Below are positions 38,340 to 47,639 of a DNA stretch of 64,000 nt, one piece after another (the stretch's first letter is position 1; each line of letters opens with the position of its first letter). Below the pieces are notes generated by a model that saw only the letters and a program-made list of their open reading frames with translations, was not told where the DNA came from and did no database searches. The stretch comes from Acidimicrobiales bacterium (GTDB lineage Bacteria; Actinomycetota; Acidimicrobiia; Acidimicrobiales; CADCSY01): the NCBI GenBank assembly GCA_035942035.1, contig DASZDK010000063.1, positions 3,823 through 67,822 on the forward strand, read 5' to 3'. The position numbers and the translations under genes were made by a program.

Positions 38340-39464
38340 TCAGCGCCGGCGCAGGCGCAGCACCGCCATGCCGTCGGTGCCGGCGGCCTGGGGCAGCAGC
38401 AGGGCGCCCCGGCCGTGCGGGCGCCACGGCGGGCCGGGCGCCGGCACCGCCTCCAGCTCGGGGTGGGCGCCGGCCAGCCAGGCGTCGATCTCGACGGTCT
38501 CCGCCGCGGTGAGGGTGCACACGCTGTAGACCAGGGTCCCTCCGGGACGGACCAGGCCGGCGCCGGCACCGAGCAGCTCCCGTTGCAAGGCGGCCAGGCG
38601 GGGCAGGTCGTCGGGCCGACGCCGCCAGCGGGCGTCGGGACGACGGTGGAGCACGCCCAGGCCCGTGCACGGTGCGTCGATGAGCACGCGGTCGAAGCTC
38701 GCCGGCGGCCACGGGGGCAACCGCCCGTCGGCCACGGCGACCACCACCGACGCGGCACCGGTGCGCTCGACGGTGGAGGCCACGAGGCTGGCCCGGTCGG
38801 CGTCGACGTCGGTGGCCCAGACGCGGGCGCCGGTCCCGGCCATGGCCGTGGCCTTCCCCCCGGGGGCGGCGCACAGGTCGGCGACCCGCTCCCCCGCTCC
38901 GGCACCGACCGCCGCCGCCACCCACTGCGAGGCTGAATCCTGGGCGTAGCCGTCGTCGCGCTCGGTGACGCCCGGCGCCCGGTTCATCTGCTCCAGGGCG
39001 GCGAGGGCGTCCTGCTCGCCGAGGTCGCACACCAGCCGATCGACGACCCAGTCGGGGTAGCTCAGCCGGGTGGGCACGTTGGGCCACTCCACCACCGCCC
39101 CGGACACCCGTCGGAGCACGGCGTTGACCAGGCCCCGCGACCGCCGGGGAGCGACGTCCACGGTGGCTGACACCGCGGCGTGGGGTGGCGTGCGCAGGAA
39201 GTGCAGCTGGTAGGCGCCGAGGCGCAGGACCACCCGGGTGGGCACGTCGAGCGCCCGCAGCACGAAGCGGTCGACGAGGAAGTCGCAGGCCCGGCGCATG
39301 CGGGTGGTGCCGTAGACCAGCTCGGTGGCGAAGCCCCGGTCGGCGCTGCGCAGCCGGCCGGCGCCCAGGCGCTCGGCCAGTACGGCGTTGGCCCGCCCAC
39401 CGTGCTCGATCTCCACCAGGGCGTCGAGCGCCAGCCGCCGGGCGTCGGCCACCCCGGCGCTCAC
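38340..39464 (-). CDS. rsmB: 16S rRNA (cytosine-C5)-methyltransferase RsmB/Sun-like
   Basis: DLCAAPGGKAT, DAPCTGLGV, TLVYSVCT. GTGA overlap with fmt. Confidence 0.88.
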   Translation of the reverse strand: MSAGVADARRLALDALVEIEHGGRANAVLAERLGAGRLRSADRGFATELVYGTTRMRRACDFLVDRFVLRALDVPTRVVLRLGAYQLHFLRTPPHAAVSATVDVAPRRSRGLVNAVLRRVSGAVVEWPNVPTRLSYPDWVVDRLVCDLGEQDALAALEQMNRAPGVTERDDGYAQDSASQWVAAAVGAGAGERVADLCAAPGGKATAMAGTGARVWATDVDADRASLVASTVERTGAASVVVAVADGRLPPWPPASFDRVLIDAPCTGLGVLHRRPDARWRRRPDDLPRLAALQRELLGAGAGLVRPGGTLVYSVCTLTAAETVEIDAWLAGAHPELEAVPAPGPPWRPHGRGALLLPQAAGTDGMAVLRLRRR

Positions 39465-40345
39465 GTGCCCAGGCGCTCGCCCGGCGCCGGCCGGGCCCCG
39501 TGCAACCACGCCGGCGCCGGCTGGGCGGCCCGGCCCTCGGGCTGGACCTCGACCAGCTCCAGCGCCCCCTCCCCCGTGCCCACCACCGTCGCCTCCAGCG
39601 CGCCGGGGCCGGGCGCCTCGGCGCCGGCCGGCGCCACGCGTGCCCGGTGGACCTTGAGCCGCCGGCCGCGAAAGGTCGTCCACGCCCCACCCACCCGCAC
39701 CACCCGGTGGAGCTCCACCGCCGGACGGGACCAGTCCAGGCGCAGCTCCTCGGGGCCGAGCTTGGCGGCGTAGGTGGGTTCCCCCTCCTGGGGTGCGGGC
39801 ACCCCCAGGCCGGTGGCCAGGGTGGCGAGGAGCAGCTCGGTGCCGAGGGCGACCAGACGGCTGCGCAGCTCGTCGGCTGTCTCCTCCGGGCCGATGCCCA
39901 CCCGCTCGCAGGCGTAGATCGGGCCGGTGTCCAGCCCTTCCTCCAGGCGCATCAGACACACCCCGGTCTCGTCGTCGCCGGCCAGGACGGCCCGCTCGAC
40001 GGGCGTCGCCCCCCGCCAGCGGGGCAGCAACGAGAAGTGGAGGTTGACCATGGCCAACTCGGCCAGCACGTGGGGACGGACGAGGCGGCCGAAGGCCACC
40101 ACCACCCCGAGGTCGGCGCCGGCGCCGAGCACGTCGTCGACCCGGTCGGTGACGGGCAGGCCGAGCTCCACCGCCACCGCCTTCACCGGCGTCGGGCGCA
40201 GCCGGCCGCCGCGGCCCCGCTTGCGGTCGGGCTGGGACACGACCAGGGCCACGTCCCAGCCGGCATCCACCAGCGCCCGCAGCGGGGCGACGGCGACCTC
40301 GGGACTGCCCAGGTAGACGAGCCGCCGTGGTGCCTGCGGTGCGAT
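39461..40345 (-). CDS. fmt: Methionyl-tRNA formyltransferase (N-terminus lacks a canonical start; ATC 40345 proposed)
   Basis: RRLVYLGSPEVAVAPL (beta1/P-loop-like N-terminus) lies upstream of the first GTG at 40270. HFSLLPRWRGATP motif. Confidence 0.85.
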   Translation of the reverse strand: MAPQAPRRLVYLGSPEVAVAPLRALVDAGWDVALVVSQPDRKRGRGGRLRPTPVKAVAVELGLPVTDRVDDVLGAGADLGVVVAFGRLVRPHVLAELAMVNLHFSLLPRWRGATPVERAVLAGDDETGVCLMRLEEGLDTGPIYACERVGIGPEETADELRSRLVALGTELLLATLATGLGVPAPQEGEPTYAAKLGPEELRLDWSRPAVELHRVVRVGGAWTTFRGRRLKVHRARVAPAGAEAPGPGALEATVVGTGEGALELVEVQPEGRAAQPAPAWLHGARPAPGERLGT

Positions 40346-40352
40346 CGGACCC

Positions 40353-40895
40353 TCAGCCCCGGCCGGGCAGGCGCAGCCGGCGGCGTTCGCCGGCGCCCTC
40401 GGCGGCCAACACCTGGTCCCGCAGCGCCCGCTTGGCCTGCCGGCGCTGGTCGTCGTCGAGCCGCTCGAGCAGCAGCACGCCGTCGAGATGGTCGACCTCG
40501 TGCTGGAACAGCCGGGCCAGGAGCTCGTCGGCCTCGAACGAGACCTCGTTGCCGTCGAGGTCTCGCCCGGTCAGGTGCACCTCCTTGGGCCGGACGATCT
40601 CCCATGACAGCCCTGGCACCGAGAGGCAGCCCTCCTCGTAGACCCACTCGCCCCGCGTCTCGGTGATGACCGGGTTGACCAGCACGTGGGCGCCGTCGCC
40701 GTCGTGCAGGTCGTAGACGAACAGCCGCTTCTGGACGCCGACCTGGGGAGCGGCCAAGCCGATGCCCGGCGCCTCGTACATGGTCACGATCATGTCCTCG
40801 GCCAAGCGGGCCAACCGGCCGTCGATCTCGGTCACCGGGGCTGCCGGTTGACGCAGCACGGGGTCACCGACGATGCGAATCCCGTACGGAGCCAT
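40353..40895 (-). CDS. def: Peptide deformylase
   Basis: GIGLAAPQVG, EGCLSVPG, HEVDHLDG. Confidence 0.95.
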   Translation of the reverse strand: MAPYGIRIVGDPVLRQPAAPVTEIDGRLARLAEDMIVTMYEAPGIGLAAPQVGVQKRLFVYDLHDGDGAHVLVNPVITETRGEWVYEEGCLSVPGLSWEIVRPKEVHLTGRDLDGNEVSFEADELLARLFQHEVDHLDGVLLLERLDDDQRRQAKRALRDQVLAAEGAGERRRLRLPGRG

Positions 40896-41138
40896 GCCGG
40901 TCAGGCTAGTGCTGTCCCCGGAGAGGTCCCCTGCCCCAGGCACCGATCACGCCTCCGTGGCCCTCCCGGCCCCGTGCTGCGCCTTCGGCGGTCATGCCGG
41001 CGGCCGAAAGCTCCCGGCCAGGAAGGGACACCAGTCCCTGGTCGACGGGACAATTCGCCCACCACGCTGCCCCTTGGCCGTTTTCGGACAACGGGGCCTC
41101 CCGGCCCCGTCCTCGGCCACGGAGACCAGGAGGCCACC

Positions 41139-42518
41139 ATGAGCCCGCCCCACCACGGTTCGTTCGAGCAGCGAGGCCAGAAGACGCCCGCCGGCAATCG
41201 ACAGCTCGAAGGGCGGTTCGGCTTCATGTTCAAGCACCTCGACCCGTTCTCACCCCCCGACGAGCTGTTGCGAGGGCTGGCCGCCACCATGCACCAACCA
41301 CCGCCCGACCCGGCGACCCAGTTCGACAACCCCGAGATTCCCGCTGGCTACACCTTCTTCGGGCAGTTCGTCGACCACGACCTCACCTTCGACCCGGTCT
41401 CTCAGCTCGAAAGGGACCAGGACCCAGAGGGCCTGAAGAACTTCCGGACGCCGGTCTACGACCTCGACTCCGTCTACGCCGGCGGCCCCGGTGTCACCCC
41501 CCGGTTGTACGACGGCGCCAAGCTGCGCCTGGACCACCACGACGGGTTGGACGACCTTCCCCGCAAGGACGACGGCGCCGCCGACATCGGCGACCCTCGC
41601 AACGAGGAGAACGCCGTCATCCACCAGCTGCAGATCGCGTTCGTCAAGTTCCACAACGCCGTGGTCGACCACGTGGCCGGCTCCGGCACCCCAAACGGCG
41701 ACGTGTTCACCGAGGCCCGCCGCCTCGCCCTGCGCCACTACCAGTGGGCCGTGCTCACCGACTTCGTGCCTCGTATCTGTGGCCAGAACGTGGTCGACAC
41801 CATCCTGACCAAGCCGTCCGGCAACGCGCCCATCCGAGCCGACCTGCGCTTCTACAAGCCCAAGAAGGTCCCGTTCATGCCGGTCGAGTTCTCGGTGGCG
41901 GCCTACCGCTTCGGCCACAGCCAGATCCGTGCGGGCTACCGGCTGACCGACACCACCGGAGGGGTGTTCTTCCAACCCGAGGCCGGTGAGCGCAACCTCA
42001 ACGGCTTCCGGCCCCTCCTGCCCTCGCTGAAGCTCGACTGGCCGCACTTCTTCGACATCCCGGGCTCGCCCACGAGCCCCCAGCGCTCCATGCGCATCGA
42101 CTCCAAGATCTCCTTCCCGCTGTTCCAGCTGCCCTTCGGAGGCCCGCCGGCGTCGCTCGCCGAGCGCAACCTGCTGCGGGGCAAGGCCCTGCGATTGCCG
42201 TCGGGCCAGGCGGTGGCCGTCGCCATGGGCCTCCAGCCCCTGTCCAACGCCACCCTCGGCATGCCCGACGACCGGGGATGGGACGGCCAGGCGCCGCTGT
42301 GGTTCTACGTGTTGAAGGAGGCGGAGCTGCAGCACGCCGGGACCCGCCTGGGCCCGGTCGGTGCCCGCATCGTCGCTGAAACCCTCGTCGGGCTGCTGGC
42401 CCAGAACCGCGACTCGTTCTTCCGCCTCGACCCGGGCTGGAAGCCGGTGCCCCCGATCGCCCCCACCGAGGGCACATTCGGCGTAGGTGACCTCCTGGCC
42501 TTCGCCACCCGATCGTGA
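41139..42518 (+). CDS. Bacterial member of the animal-haem-peroxidase (peroxidase-cyclooxygenase) superfamily
   Basis: AGGAGG Shine-Dalgarno. Distal-His motif FFGQFVDHDLTF and proximal-His region AAYRFGHSQI. Confidence 0.82.
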   Translation: MSPPHHGSFEQRGQKTPAGNRQLEGRFGFMFKHLDPFSPPDELLRGLAATMHQPPPDPATQFDNPEIPAGYTFFGQFVDHDLTFDPVSQLERDQDPEGLKNFRTPVYDLDSVYAGGPGVTPRLYDGAKLRLDHHDGLDDLPRKDDGAADIGDPRNEENAVIHQLQIAFVKFHNAVVDHVAGSGTPNGDVFTEARRLALRHYQWAVLTDFVPRICGQNVVDTILTKPSGNAPIRADLRFYKPKKVPFMPVEFSVAAYRFGHSQIRAGYRLTDTTGGVFFQPEAGERNLNGFRPLLPSLKLDWPHFFDIPGSPTSPQRSMRIDSKISFPLFQLPFGGPPASLAERNLLRGKALRLPSGQAVAVAMGLQPLSNATLGMPDDRGWDGQAPLWFYVLKEAELQHAGTRLGPVGARIVAETLVGLLAQNRDSFFRLDPGWKPVPPIAPTEGTFGVGDLLAFATRS

Positions 42519-42627
42519 GAGAGGACCTTCCCCAGCGGGCAGGCAGGGCGTACGCTCGGAGGTGATGTTCCGGTTGTCGCACTGGTGACGTCGGGCGGCT
42601 CGAGCCGCCATCCGCGCCCCCCGCAGC

Positions 42628-43761
42628 GTGCTCGTGGCGCTGCTCGCCGTCCGGCTGCTCGACGAGTCGACCTCGTTCGTCCTGCCGGGCACCTTCGAGT
42701 CACTGCGCGCCGACCTCGACCTCACCTACTCGCAGGCCAGTAGCGCCTTCCTGGCCATCGCCGTCGGGGCCGTCGCCGGGGGCCTGGCGACCGTGGCCGC
42801 CGACTACCGGAGCCGCCGGGTCATCGCCGGCGGGGGTGCGCTCGCCTCCGCCGCGGCGTTGCTGGTGATCGGTGCCGCTGACTCGTACGGGCTGTTCCTC
42901 ACCGGCGCCTTCATGGTGGGGGCCGCCTCCACCGCCATGGTCGACACCTGCGAGATCGCCCTCGCCGACCTCGCCGGCGACGACTACTTGGAGGACCACC
43001 TCACCGTGCAGAACGTCTGGGGCTCGGTGGGGGACCTGCTGGGCCCGGCCATCGTGGTCGCCGTCGCCGCCCTCGGCCTGTCGTGGCGTGTGTCGTACGT
43101 GGTGGGCGCCGCGCTCGTCCTCGCGTACGGCGCATGGCTCGCGTCCCTGCCCTTTCCCCCGCCGCAACCGCACGAGGACGGGTACCGGGTGGGCAGCGCC
43201 GTGGTCTCGGTGCTGCGTGACCCTGGCGTGTGGCTCGTCGGCCTGGGCGTGATGCTGCTGGGCCCCCTCGACGAGCCCATGCTCGCCTTCCTCATCGCCC
43301 ACCTCCAGCAGGCCCGGGGGCTGACGGAGACGGGTGCGACGCTCATCGCGGCGCTGTCGGTCGTGGGTGCCTTGGCCGGCTATGCCACCCTCCGCCGCTG
43401 GACGAGCGCACTGGCGTCCGACGCCGCCCTCCTCGCCCTGGCCACGTCGGCGTTGGTTGCCGCGCCGGACGCCCTCACCGCCAGCGGCGTCTCATTGCTC
43501 GTCGGCGTGTTCCTGGTCCGGGTGTGGGTGGCACTCCAGGCCCGGGTGCTGAGGGTCCGACCGGGCCAGGCGGGAACGGTCAAGGCCGTCGTCGCACTGG
43601 TCGAGACCACGGGCTGGGGGCTGCCGTTGCTGGCCGGTGCCGTCGCCGACCGCACCAACGTCACCGCCGGCCTCGCCGCCTATGCGGCCGTGGCGTGGGC
43701 GCTCGCCGGCATCACCGTGCTGCTCGTGCGGACCTGCCGGACTGCCACAGTTGAGGCATGA
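42628..43761 (+). CDS. MFS transporter
   Basis: About 11-12 TM helices with an MFS-like layout. First in-frame start is GTG 42628. Confidence 0.82.
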   Translation: MLVALLAVRLLDESTSFVLPGTFESLRADLDLTYSQASSAFLAIAVGAVAGGLATVAADYRSRRVIAGGGALASAAALLVIGAADSYGLFLTGAFMVGAASTAMVDTCEIALADLAGDDYLEDHLTVQNVWGSVGDLLGPAIVVAVAALGLSWRVSYVVGAALVLAYGAWLASLPFPPPQPHEDGYRVGSAVVSVLRDPGVWLVGLGVMLLGPLDEPMLAFLIAHLQQARGLTETGATLIAALSVVGALAGYATLRRWTSALASDAALLALATSALVAAPDALTASGVSLLVGVFLVRVWVALQARVLRVRPGQAGTVKAVVALVETTGWGLPLLAGAVADRTNVTAGLAAYAAVAWALAGITVLLVRTCRTATVEA

Positions 43762-44552
43762 GCTCCGAAGGCAGTGCTGGACCGCGAACCTCCGGTCGGC
43801 GGGAGCCGCCGCGGTTCCGGCGGGTCCTGGTCCGGGCCTTCGAGCAACTGACCCCGCGGATGCAGCGGATCGTCCTCGGCGGTCCCGAGCTCCAGGGATT
43901 CGAGGTCCCCGAGCCGGCATCCAGCGTCCGCCTCCTCCTTCCGCCGCCGGGCGGGGACACCTTGGTCATGCCGGAGTGGGACGGCAACCAGTTCAAGCTG
44001 CCCACCGGTGAGCGAGCGCCGATCCGTACCTTCACGCCGCGGCATCTCGACACCGAGCGACTCGAGCTGACGCTCGACATCGTCGTCCACGAAGGCGGTG
44101 TCGCCTCCGAATGGGCCCGCTCGGCTGAGCCCGGCCTCGAGGCGGCGGTCTCCGGTCCGGGCCGGGGCTACGCCCTCGCCGCCACCGCCCCGGCCTATCT
44201 GCTGGCGGGTGACGAGACCGCCATCCCCGCCATCAGCCAGATGCTCGAGCGGTTGCCGGCGGAAACACCGGTGCGGGTGCACATCGAGGTCGCCGATGCC
44301 TCCGCCCGTCTCGAGCTGCCCTCGTACCCCAAGGCCGAGGTGACCTGGCACGAGCTGGCTCCAGGGTCGCGGCCCGGTGACGCCCTGGTTGCTGCGGTCG
44401 AGGCGATCGAGCAGATCCCGGGTGCCGCCTGGGTGGCGGGTGAGGCGGCCTCCGTCCAGCGAATTCGCAAGCACCTCTTCGACGTCAGAGGCATGGCCCG
44501 CTCCGCGGCGACGGTCCGGGGCTACTGGAAGATGGGCCGCTCCGCCACGTGA
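43758..44552 (+). CDS. Siderophore-interacting (SIP/ViuB-type) FAD-binding reductase
   Basis: ATGA overlap with the MFS gene. RTFTPR FAD motif, LLAGDETAIPAI, and VRGYWK at the C-terminus. Confidence 0.85.
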   Translation: MSSEGSAGPRTSGRREPPRFRRVLVRAFEQLTPRMQRIVLGGPELQGFEVPEPASSVRLLLPPPGGDTLVMPEWDGNQFKLPTGERAPIRTFTPRHLDTERLELTLDIVVHEGGVASEWARSAEPGLEAAVSGPGRGYALAATAPAYLLAGDETAIPAISQMLERLPAETPVRVHIEVADASARLELPSYPKAEVTWHELAPGSRPGDALVAAVEAIEQIPGAAWVAGEAASVQRIRKHLFDVRGMARSAATVRGYWKMGRSAT

Positions 44553-44724
44553 GGGCTCGCTGGGTTACCGACGCAGCCGCTCACCGGGATGGGATCTGCC
44601 CTCACGTGAAGGTACGCTGGCACCCGCTCGGGAAGGGGCTCCTCAAGCACATGAAGCCGCTCCAGTTCAGCCTGGAGGAGCTGCGGGACGAGCTCCTCCG
44701 CCACCGGACCAGCGTCCGCAGCCG

Positions 44725-46308
44725 GTGATCGGAACACCCAGCGGCATCGCCGCCGAGGCAGCTCGCCGGCGCACCTTCGCCATCATCAGCCACCCCGACG
44801 CGGGCAAGACGACCCTGACCGAGAAGCTGTTGCTCTACGGGGGCGCGGTGGCCGAGGCCGGTGCGGTCAAGGCTCGCTCCGGTCGGCGCAAGGCCACCTC
44901 GGACTGGATGGCCCTCGAGCAGCAGCGGGGCATCTCGATCACGTCCACGGTGCTGCAGTTCTCCTACCGCGACCACGTCATCAACCTGCTCGACACCCCG
45001 GGTCACCGCGACTTCTCCGAGGACACCTACCGGGTGCTGGCCGCCGCCGACGCCGCCGTCATGGTTCTCGACGTGGCCAAGGGCGTCGAGGACCAGACCC
45101 GCAAGCTGTTCGAGGTGTGCCGGGCCCGGTCGTTGCCCACGCTGACCTTCCTCAACAAGTACGACCGCCCCGGCCGAGAACCGCTCGAACTGCTCGACGA
45201 GGTCGAGGACCAGATCGGGCTGCGCCCCACGCCGGTCACCTGGCCGGTGGGCATCCCCGGCGAGTTCCGGGGCGTGATCGATCGTCGCAGTGGTGAGTTC
45301 ACCCGCTTCGCCCGCACCGCCCGCGGCTCGACGGAGGCGCCCGAGGAGCTCATCGAGCGATCGCGGGCGGCGACGGAGGAGACCCCGTGGTGGGAGCCGG
45401 CCATGGAGGAGTGCGCCCTGCTCGACGCCGTGGGCGCCGATCCCGACCTGAAGTCGTTCCTGGCCGGCGAGTCGAGCCCCACCTTCGTGGGCTCGGCGCT
45501 GACTAACTTCGGGGTCCGCCACCTGCTCGACGCCCTGCTCGACATGGCGCCCGCCCCCGGGCCACGCAACGACGTCCACGGCGAGCCCCGCCCCCTGGAC
45601 AAACCCTTCTCCGGGTTCGTGTTCAAGGTGCAGGCCAACATGGACCCCGCCCACCGCGACCGGGTGGCCTTCGTGCGGGTGTGCTCGGGCCGCTTCGAGC
45701 GGGGCATGACGCTGACGCATGAGCCCAGCGGGCGGCCCTTTGCCACCAAGTACGCCACCTCGGTGTTCGGTTCCGAGCGCGACACCATCGACGAGGCCTA
45801 CCCCGGCGACGTGATCGGGCTGGTCAACGCCACCGACCTCGGCATCGGCGACACCCTCCATCAGGCGGAGCCGGTGGCCTTCCCCCGCATCCCCACCTTC
45901 GCCCCCGAGCTGTTCGCCGTGGCCCGGGCCCGGGACACCTCCCGGTTCAAGCAGTTCCGCCGGGGCCTGGCCCAGCTCGCCGAGGAGGGCGTGGTCCAGG
46001 TGCTGCGAGACGAGGCCGCCGGCGACGTGGCGCCGGTGCTCGCCGCCGTGGGGCGGATGCAGTTCGAGGTCTTCGCCCACCGGCTGGAGCACGAGTTCGG
46101 CGCCGCCGTCGAGATCTCCCCCACCTCCGACAAGGTGGCACGTCGCACCGATGCCGCCACCGCCGAACATCTCCGGTCGACGTCGGGGGCCCGGGTGCTC
46201 ACCCGCACCGACGGCGTGCTCCTCGCCTTGTTCACCAGCCCCCGCTGGCTCGAACGGGTCGAGGCAGACCATCCCGACTGGACCCTCGACCCCATCGTGG
46301 TGGACTGA
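44725..46308 (+). CDS. prfC: Peptide chain release factor 3
   Basis: RRRTFAIISHPDAGKTTLTEKLL, DWMALEQQRGISITS, DTPGHRDF, NKYD. Confidence 0.93.
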   Translation: MIGTPSGIAAEAARRRTFAIISHPDAGKTTLTEKLLLYGGAVAEAGAVKARSGRRKATSDWMALEQQRGISITSTVLQFSYRDHVINLLDTPGHRDFSEDTYRVLAAADAAVMVLDVAKGVEDQTRKLFEVCRARSLPTLTFLNKYDRPGREPLELLDEVEDQIGLRPTPVTWPVGIPGEFRGVIDRRSGEFTRFARTARGSTEAPEELIERSRAATEETPWWEPAMEECALLDAVGADPDLKSFLAGESSPTFVGSALTNFGVRHLLDALLDMAPAPGPRNDVHGEPRPLDKPFSGFVFKVQANMDPAHRDRVAFVRVCSGRFERGMTLTHEPSGRPFATKYATSVFGSERDTIDEAYPGDVIGLVNATDLGIGDTLHQAEPVAFPRIPTFAPELFAVARARDTSRFKQFRRGLAQLAEEGVVQVLRDEAAGDVAPVLAAVGRMQFEVFAHRLEHEFGAAVEISPTSDKVARRTDAATAEHLRSTSGARVLTRTDGVLLALFTSPRWLERVEADHPDWTLDPIVVD

Positions 46309-46309
46309 C

Positions 46310-46912
46310 CTGCCGCACTACTTCGATCCCGAGCCGTCGGCGGCGTCCGATCGCCAGACGATCACGCTGGCCCTTCCCGACGTCAACCTCGAGCTCACCA
46401 CCGACCGCGGCGTGTTCTCCCGCACTGGCATCGACCCCGGGACCAAGCTGCTGCTGCTCGAGGGGCCGCCGCCGCCGGCCGAGGGCGACCTGCTCGACTT
46501 GGGCTGCGGCTACGGCCCCATCGCCCTCACGCTGGCCCGCCGGTCCCCCGCCGCAACCGTCTGGGCGGTCGACGTGAACCGCCGGGCCCTCGGTCTGGTC
46601 GAGGACAACGCCGCCGCCGCCGGCATCGAGAACGTGCGCCCCGCCGCTCCCGAGGACGTCCCGGCCGAGGTTCGCTTCGCCGCCATCTGGTCGAACCCAC
46701 CGGTGCGCGTGGGCAAGGAGCAGATCCATGCCATGCTCCGCGCCTGGCTCCGCCGCTTGCAGCCGGACGGCACCGCCTGCCTGGTGGTGCACAAGCACCT
46801 GGGCGCCGACTCCCTGGCCCGCTGGCTGGCGGGCGAGGGGTTCGCCACCCGCCGACTGCGGTCCCGGATGGGCTACCGCCTGTTGGAGGCTCGACGGGAG
46901 ACCACCGCATGA
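46310..46912 (+). CDS. Class I SAM-dependent methyltransferase, RsmC/RlmG 'small domain' type (no canonical start; CTG 46310 proposed)
   Basis: HYFDPEP...TDRGVFS, DLGCGYGPI, WSNPPVRVG. The only upstream in-frame canonical start (ATG 46151) would overlap prfC by 158 nt. Confidence 0.8.
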   Translation: MPHYFDPEPSAASDRQTITLALPDVNLELTTDRGVFSRTGIDPGTKLLLLEGPPPPAEGDLLDLGCGYGPIALTLARRSPAATVWAVDVNRRALGLVEDNAAAAGIENVRPAAPEDVPAEVRFAAIWSNPPVRVGKEQIHAMLRAWLRRLQPDGTACLVVHKHLGADSLARWLAGEGFATRRLRSRMGYRLLEARRETTA

Positions 46913-47463
46913 AAAACCTGGGAGACACCGACCTGAAGCGCCTGCACCGCCAGTGGCGGCGGCGGACCACCGGCCGCCTGGCCCTGCTGCTCGACTCGGT
47001 CCAGACGCCGTTCAACGTCGGCGCCATCGTTCGCATGGCGGCCGCCGAGCGGGTCGAGCACCTGTACGTGGCCGGCGCCTCCGCCGCACCCGACCATCCC
47101 CGCTCCCGCAAGACCTCGCTCGGCACCGAGCGGTCGGTGCCCTGGACCGGCTACGAGACCGCCGCCGCCGCCCTGGCCGCGGTGCGCGACGCCGACCTGT
47201 TCCTGCTCGGGATCGAGCTGGCCGACGGTGCCGTACCCCTCCACGAGGTGGCCCTCCCCGCCGACGTCTGCCTGGCCCTCGGCCATGAGGACCGGGGGCT
47301 GTCGGCTCGCACCCTCGAGGCCTGCGACGCCGTGGCCTTCGTCCCCCAGCTCGGTCGGGGCGGGTCCCTCAACGTCGCCTCCGCCGCCGCCATCGCCATG
47401 TACGAGGTGCGGCGCCGGGAGTGGTCGTCGACGCCGGCCGACGAGGCCCCGGCGTCGCCCTAG
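46909..47463 (+). CDS. SpoU/TrmH family RNA methyltransferase
   Basis: ATGA overlap with the upstream gene. FNVGAIVRMAAA, LGHEDRGLS, GSLNVASAAAIAMYE. The TAG stop lies inside the CTAG target duplication of the transposon. Confidence 0.85.
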   Translation: MKNLGDTDLKRLHRQWRRRTTGRLALLLDSVQTPFNVGAIVRMAAAERVEHLYVAGASAAPDHPRSRKTSLGTERSVPWTGYETAAAALAAVRDADLFLLGIELADGAVPLHEVALPADVCLALGHEDRGLSARTLEACDAVAFVPQLGRGGSLNVASAAAIAMYEVRRREWSSTPADEAPASP

Positions 47464-47471
47464 GAGGGTCC
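47459..47471. repeat. Left copy of a 13-bp perfect inverted repeat (CCTAGGAGGGTCC), read as CTAG target duplication plus the IR-L terminus
   Basis: The exact reverse complement is at 50081..50093. Inward similarity continues, with 14 of the first 17 element bases matching. Confidence 0.6.
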
Positions 47472-47639
47472 GGCGATTCGACCGGTGAAAGTCGGCGGGA
47501 TCACGGCCGGATGCTACGTCGACACCCGGACAGGCGGTGAGGACGCATGAGTAACGCCCGCATGGCGTTTGCGGACGCGACAAGGCGCCGAGGGGCGCGC
47601 TTCACCCTCGGCGGTCCTACTGGTCGGGATAGAGCGGCG

